DNA of 64,000 nt from an uncultured Gammaproteobacteria bacterium (GTDB taxonomy: Bacteria > Pseudomonadota > Gammaproteobacteria > CAMYKB01). Numbering within the stretch: the first letter of the stretch is position 1; the number at the start of each line of letters is the position of its first letter. The notes under the pieces are model-generated. The model made no database searches and had not been told where the DNA came from. It saw only the letters and a list, made by a program, of their open reading frames with translations. Shown one piece after another: positions 61,601 to 64,000 of this stretch. The DNA lies in the NCBI GenBank assembly GCA_947258875.1, contig CAMYKB010000001.1, positions 120,037 to 184,036 of the forward strand, given 5' to 3'. The position numbers and the translations under genes were made by a program.

Positions 61601-61722
61601 CTGAACTCTACCGTGGCCTGGCGGGCGTTATAATTGGAGGCATGGCCGTTAGCACGGCCTTTACGTTAATCCTGTTGCCCAGCCTGCTACGTGTTGGCGA
61701 AGGTAAACATCAAGCCGTATAA
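58681..61722 (+). CDS. RND efflux permease (AcrB/AcrD/AcrF family)
   Basis: APEEVEAEIIEPQE, GMVLDAAIVVLENI, GLVVNNAIL and RLRPILMTTLTS. Confidence 0.95.
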   Translation: MIFTRLALSNPVATLVAVLLAALFGIISLDRLPIQLTPEVEVPEITINTTWRAAAPEEVEAEIIEPQEDVLRGLPGMTEMLSTASRGSASITVKFAIGTELQRGLIEVLNRLNRVPRYPDDADEPTLSTVGGNSQPIAWFIIKPDTGNERDIASYQDYVEEVIQTRFERVPGVARSEVYGGRKREIRITFDPYKAANVGMQLPVAAALAGGNEDISGGFIDVGKRRYTLRFTGAFNAQQLGEMVLDWRDGRPILLRDIADIDVRLQDKQAFVITQGSGAIAVNAQREIGVNVLDVMNGLQDAVVELREGPLAHANLTIEQVYDETIYIYRSIKMLRNNLGLGILLAIGVLWWFLRRLRATLIVAAAIPISILATFIILGSAERTVNVISLAGLAFATGMVLDAAIVVLENIVRLHERGETNEQASLHGATQVWGALLASTATTVAIFLPVVFLEDEAGQLFADLALTIASAVIFSLIVALTVIPTAAMIGTKNLDLHDPHHAWWERLTTGIMGITNTASRRSMWIVILLTIPLLLIWAFAPKADYLPEGNRNLVFAFIVPPPGVNIDNIQEEMGTVIAERIAPNLAGEAQPAIKEYFFVAFPGGVFMGARAQDDNRAAELVPLIQTAVGGFPDTIAFAFRASLFGGFGEGRNIDMNIQGRNIEDIIKAAQVGFGVTSQAIPNSSIRPFPNLELAEPELRLVPDERRLREAGWDRGTMAQVVRALGDGLFVGDYFDGQDRLDIIARVQDWSTPEDLASIPLATPNAGVLPVGELVSIQRTAGPDQIRRLDRRRTVTLQITPPEGMPLEDAITMIKEKVEPVVSGLLPEDGAIRYSGTADKLDTALKSMGGSFVLAIAILYLLISALFRSFLDSLIVLLILPLATVGSVISLRLVNLVTFQPMDLLTMIGFIILLGLVVNNAILLVHQTRAAERAGLARRDAVEQAVHLRLRPILMTTLTSIFGMLPLLLIPGAGTELYRGLAGVIIGGMAVSTAFTLILLPSLLRVGEGKHQAV

Positions 61723-61733
61723 AGTTAAGAAAC

Positions 61734-61763
61734 CCCTGAGAAGTGATAAAAGACTTCTCAGGG
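61734..61763. terminator. Hairpin between convergent genes
   Basis: CCCTGAGAAGT-GATAAAAG-ACTTCTCAGGG. The U-tract is weak. Confidence 0.55.
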
Positions 61764-61893
61764 ATCCCAAGCCAGGCCATCATAAATACAAATGGCTCCA
61801 GTATCCCGGTACCTTTCCGTTTATTAGAATAGACAGCCATCCCTGGCCATAGCGAATCCCAGACTACAGAAGCACCATTTAAAATCCACTTAC

Positions 61894-63060
61894 TTAATCG
61901 GAGTTGTCTTCAACGATAATGGTGTTAACGGCTTTGCCACCATTGCTTAATTTTACTTTTACGGTATAAATACCTTCCTTCGATCCCACCTGTACTGGCA
62001 CATTCAGGATACTGCCATTACCGCTCAACGCTGGCGTCGCTCCCGAACTGGGAAGAATTGCACCGCGGCTTTTACCATGTGGTCCCGACATCATAATGAT
62101 ACCGATATTGACACCATTTTCCTGGAGATGCGCAATGTGCGGGCGTTTTGCGTCAACCACATAGTCCACATCGGCAATGCCATCCTGCGGAATGAATAAA
62201 TCGCCCGACACTTCAACTGCTTCGAACAACAGGAAACGCGGCGCATAAGGAGCACCCGCGGAGAAGGGTACGGCCTTGATTGTCCTGGTAAGCGCTGTAT
62301 TCGGCTCCACCCGTTGGAATACAGTCGACTCAACCAACTCAGCCGTTGTGGTAGCAGGACTGCCTTGCCCACCAGTCGTCAGCCCTGCGTTGGTAATATG
62401 CACTTGCCGTCCGACGGAAGCCTCGAACACCACATCACCAAATCCTGATTCAACAACCTCATCCTCGGCATCATAGATGCGGACTTCGATTGTACCCACT
62501 TCGCCCGCATCCCCATTGTAAAACGGCGCGGGCCCGCCTGAATTGGGACGCGGCCGGATATGCACAACCTTAAAACCAACCTCCTCGGCCCGTTCCTGCT
62601 CCAGCCCATCCTCATCATCACCACCGCTTGGTGTGATCGTGATTACACGATCACCATCATCCGACAAGCTCCAGTTGCCGTGCTGCACTCCACTACCCGC
62701 GGCAGCCACAATTGGATTTTGCGGCGCAATTGTCATGATCACGTTGGCATTAGCCAAAAGCGCAGCAACCTCGGGATTGCGGGTATAGGCACCACCCAGT
62801 TCCACCTCCATCCGGCCACCTGCAGGAATCTGATGACCGAATGCCGCTGCATCCAGGCCTGGGGTGAAAAGGATATTAATTTCCGTTGGCTGATTTGCGA
62901 CCAGACCGTTACTCACTACTGGCGCACTGACCACCGCTGCAATGATATTGTCACCCGGCTTGCCACATTTTTTTTGTGACTTAGCCGCGAATGCAGCTGT
63001 CGACATGAAAGCGCCGATAACCAAGGCGCTGGCACAAAATATAAGTGTTTTCTTATTCAT
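61894..63060 (-). CDS. Secreted beta-rich hypothetical protein
   Basis: Signal peptide (MNKK...AAFA), Gly/Pro/Val-rich sequence and a GGAG RBS. Confidence 0.82.
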   Translation of the reverse strand: MNKKTLIFCASALVIGAFMSTAAFAAKSQKKCGKPGDNIIAAVVSAPVVSNGLVANQPTEINILFTPGLDAAAFGHQIPAGGRMEVELGGAYTRNPEVAALLANANVIMTIAPQNPIVAAAGSGVQHGNWSLSDDGDRVITITPSGGDDEDGLEQERAEEVGFKVVHIRPRPNSGGPAPFYNGDAGEVGTIEVRIYDAEDEVVESGFGDVVFEASVGRQVHITNAGLTTGGQGSPATTTAELVESTVFQRVEPNTALTRTIKAVPFSAGAPYAPRFLLFEAVEVSGDLFIPQDGIADVDYVVDAKRPHIAHLQENGVNIGIIMMSGPHGKSRGAILPSSGATPALSGNGSILNVPVQVGSKEGIYTVKVKLSNGGKAVNTIIVEDNSD

Positions 63061-63165
63061 TCGAAGTTCTCCGTTGTAGTTTTAACTTATCAATGGAGGG
63101 GCTCCAGCTAAACCTCAGATTTATATCAGAAAATACAAATAACTGACTGAATACTCTGAACAAAT

Positions 63166-63198
63166 ACCTATCAGCAATCACCTATCAGCAATCACCTA
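63166..63198. repeat. 14-bp tandem direct repeat
   Basis: ACCTATCAGCAATC twice plus ACCTA, upstream of the secreted-protein gene. Confidence 0.7.
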
Positions 63199-63384
63199 CC
63201 CTGATGGTTTACCTGTCCGACAAGATCCAGAAAGACAACCCCAGTAAACGATACGAGGTCAACCTGATTTTAGTTGCGGATAAAGGTGATTAATCTACTC
63301 CCGGCTACTTAAGGAGCAGTAGTTCGCTAGGACTTACTAACATGAAAGAACAAACGGTGATATCAGATTCCCATTGCCTAAGCT

Positions 63385-63783
63385 TTAAGTCATTAACCCT
63401 TTAAGCACCAGATCACCAAAGCTGACAACACCCACTACCGCGCCATTTTCGATTACCGGCGCCTGAGTGATTTCAAAAGCATCAAACAATCTTGCGCAAT
63501 AACGTATATTCATTTGCGGGTCGATAGTGAAAACCGGTTTTGCCATGATCTCATAAACATTAACACGTTCCGGCGCACGATTTTTCGCAAGCACCTTGCG
63601 CGCGATGTCAGAAACCAGCAACATTCCATACTCGTCATCTTCGTGTCGCTTTTCGACAATGAGGCACTTGCCTTCTACACGTCTGATCTTTTCCAGCGCC
63701 TCATGAATCGTCGCTGCACCATCGATTCTCCCGATGTCCGTCTTCATCACTTCGCGGACCCGGACTAGTTTCTTGTCTCTCAT
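63385..63783 (-). CDS. CBS-pair protein
   Basis: VREVMK, DEYGMLLVSDIA, VYEIMAKP and RYCARLF. Confidence 0.9.
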   Translation of the reverse strand: MRDKKLVRVREVMKTDIGRIDGAATIHEALEKIRRVEGKCLIVEKRHEDDEYGMLLVSDIARKVLAKNRAPERVNVYEIMAKPVFTIDPQMNIRYCARLFDAFEITQAPVIENGAVVGVVSFGDLVLKGLMT

Positions 63784-64000
63784 ATCTCATCCTCCACTAC
63801 GGACATCAGCGATTTAACCTGACGCCCCACGCCAACAGCATCTTCCACATCGATCTGAAATGCGATACCTGTCCCCGGTTGCTCATCCAGCCCGCCCACC
63901 TCGGCTATCTTCTCCAGAATCTTGCGGCACAGATGCTCTTCAACCAGGAACATCAGCATATTACGCTGCGTCTCCAGAGAAAGCCCCATAAAGCTCTTGG
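63780..64000 (-). CDS. P-II-family regulator, 5'-truncated by the window edge
   Basis: FLVEEHLCRKILE...GTGIAFQIDVEDAVG. Stop overlaps the CBS start. Confidence 0.85.
   Translation of the reverse strand, partial: KSFMGLSLETQRNMLMFLVEEHLCRKILEKIAEVGGLDEQPGTGIAFQIDVEDAVGVGRQVKSLMSVVEDEI

Overview
Chromosomal segment of a sulfur-oxidising, microaerophilic proteobacterium, most likely a gammaproteobacterium (inferred from gene content). It carries the 3' part of aprA (APS reductase), a qmoA-qmoB-hdrC-hdrB operon, a rearranged cbb3-oxidase locus (hemN-yip1-ccoNOQP-hyp-ccoG-ccoH-dsbD-like, with ccoI-ccoS divergent) and several FNR-type boxes. Other genes include putA, a MauG/BthA-type di-heme protein, stand-alone BLUF and PilZ proteins, a FixL/FixJ-like pair, fpr, an RND pair and many hypotheticals. 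A CbbQ-type AAA+ ATPase and a CbbO-type VWA protein lie beside the qmo operon, about 11 kb apart, with no Rubisco or nor genes in the window. The most unusual non-coding feature is at 30.6-32.7 kb. Two diverged ~270-nt structured elements with compensatory base changes face each other around two AT-rich cargo ORFs. Three different REP-type palindromes lie in the same 2 kb, and the flanking core genes show an abrupt wobble-position switch at their 3' ends. No rRNA, tRNA, CRISPR array, integrase or transposase was seen. All calls come from motif reading by eye; no database searches were run.
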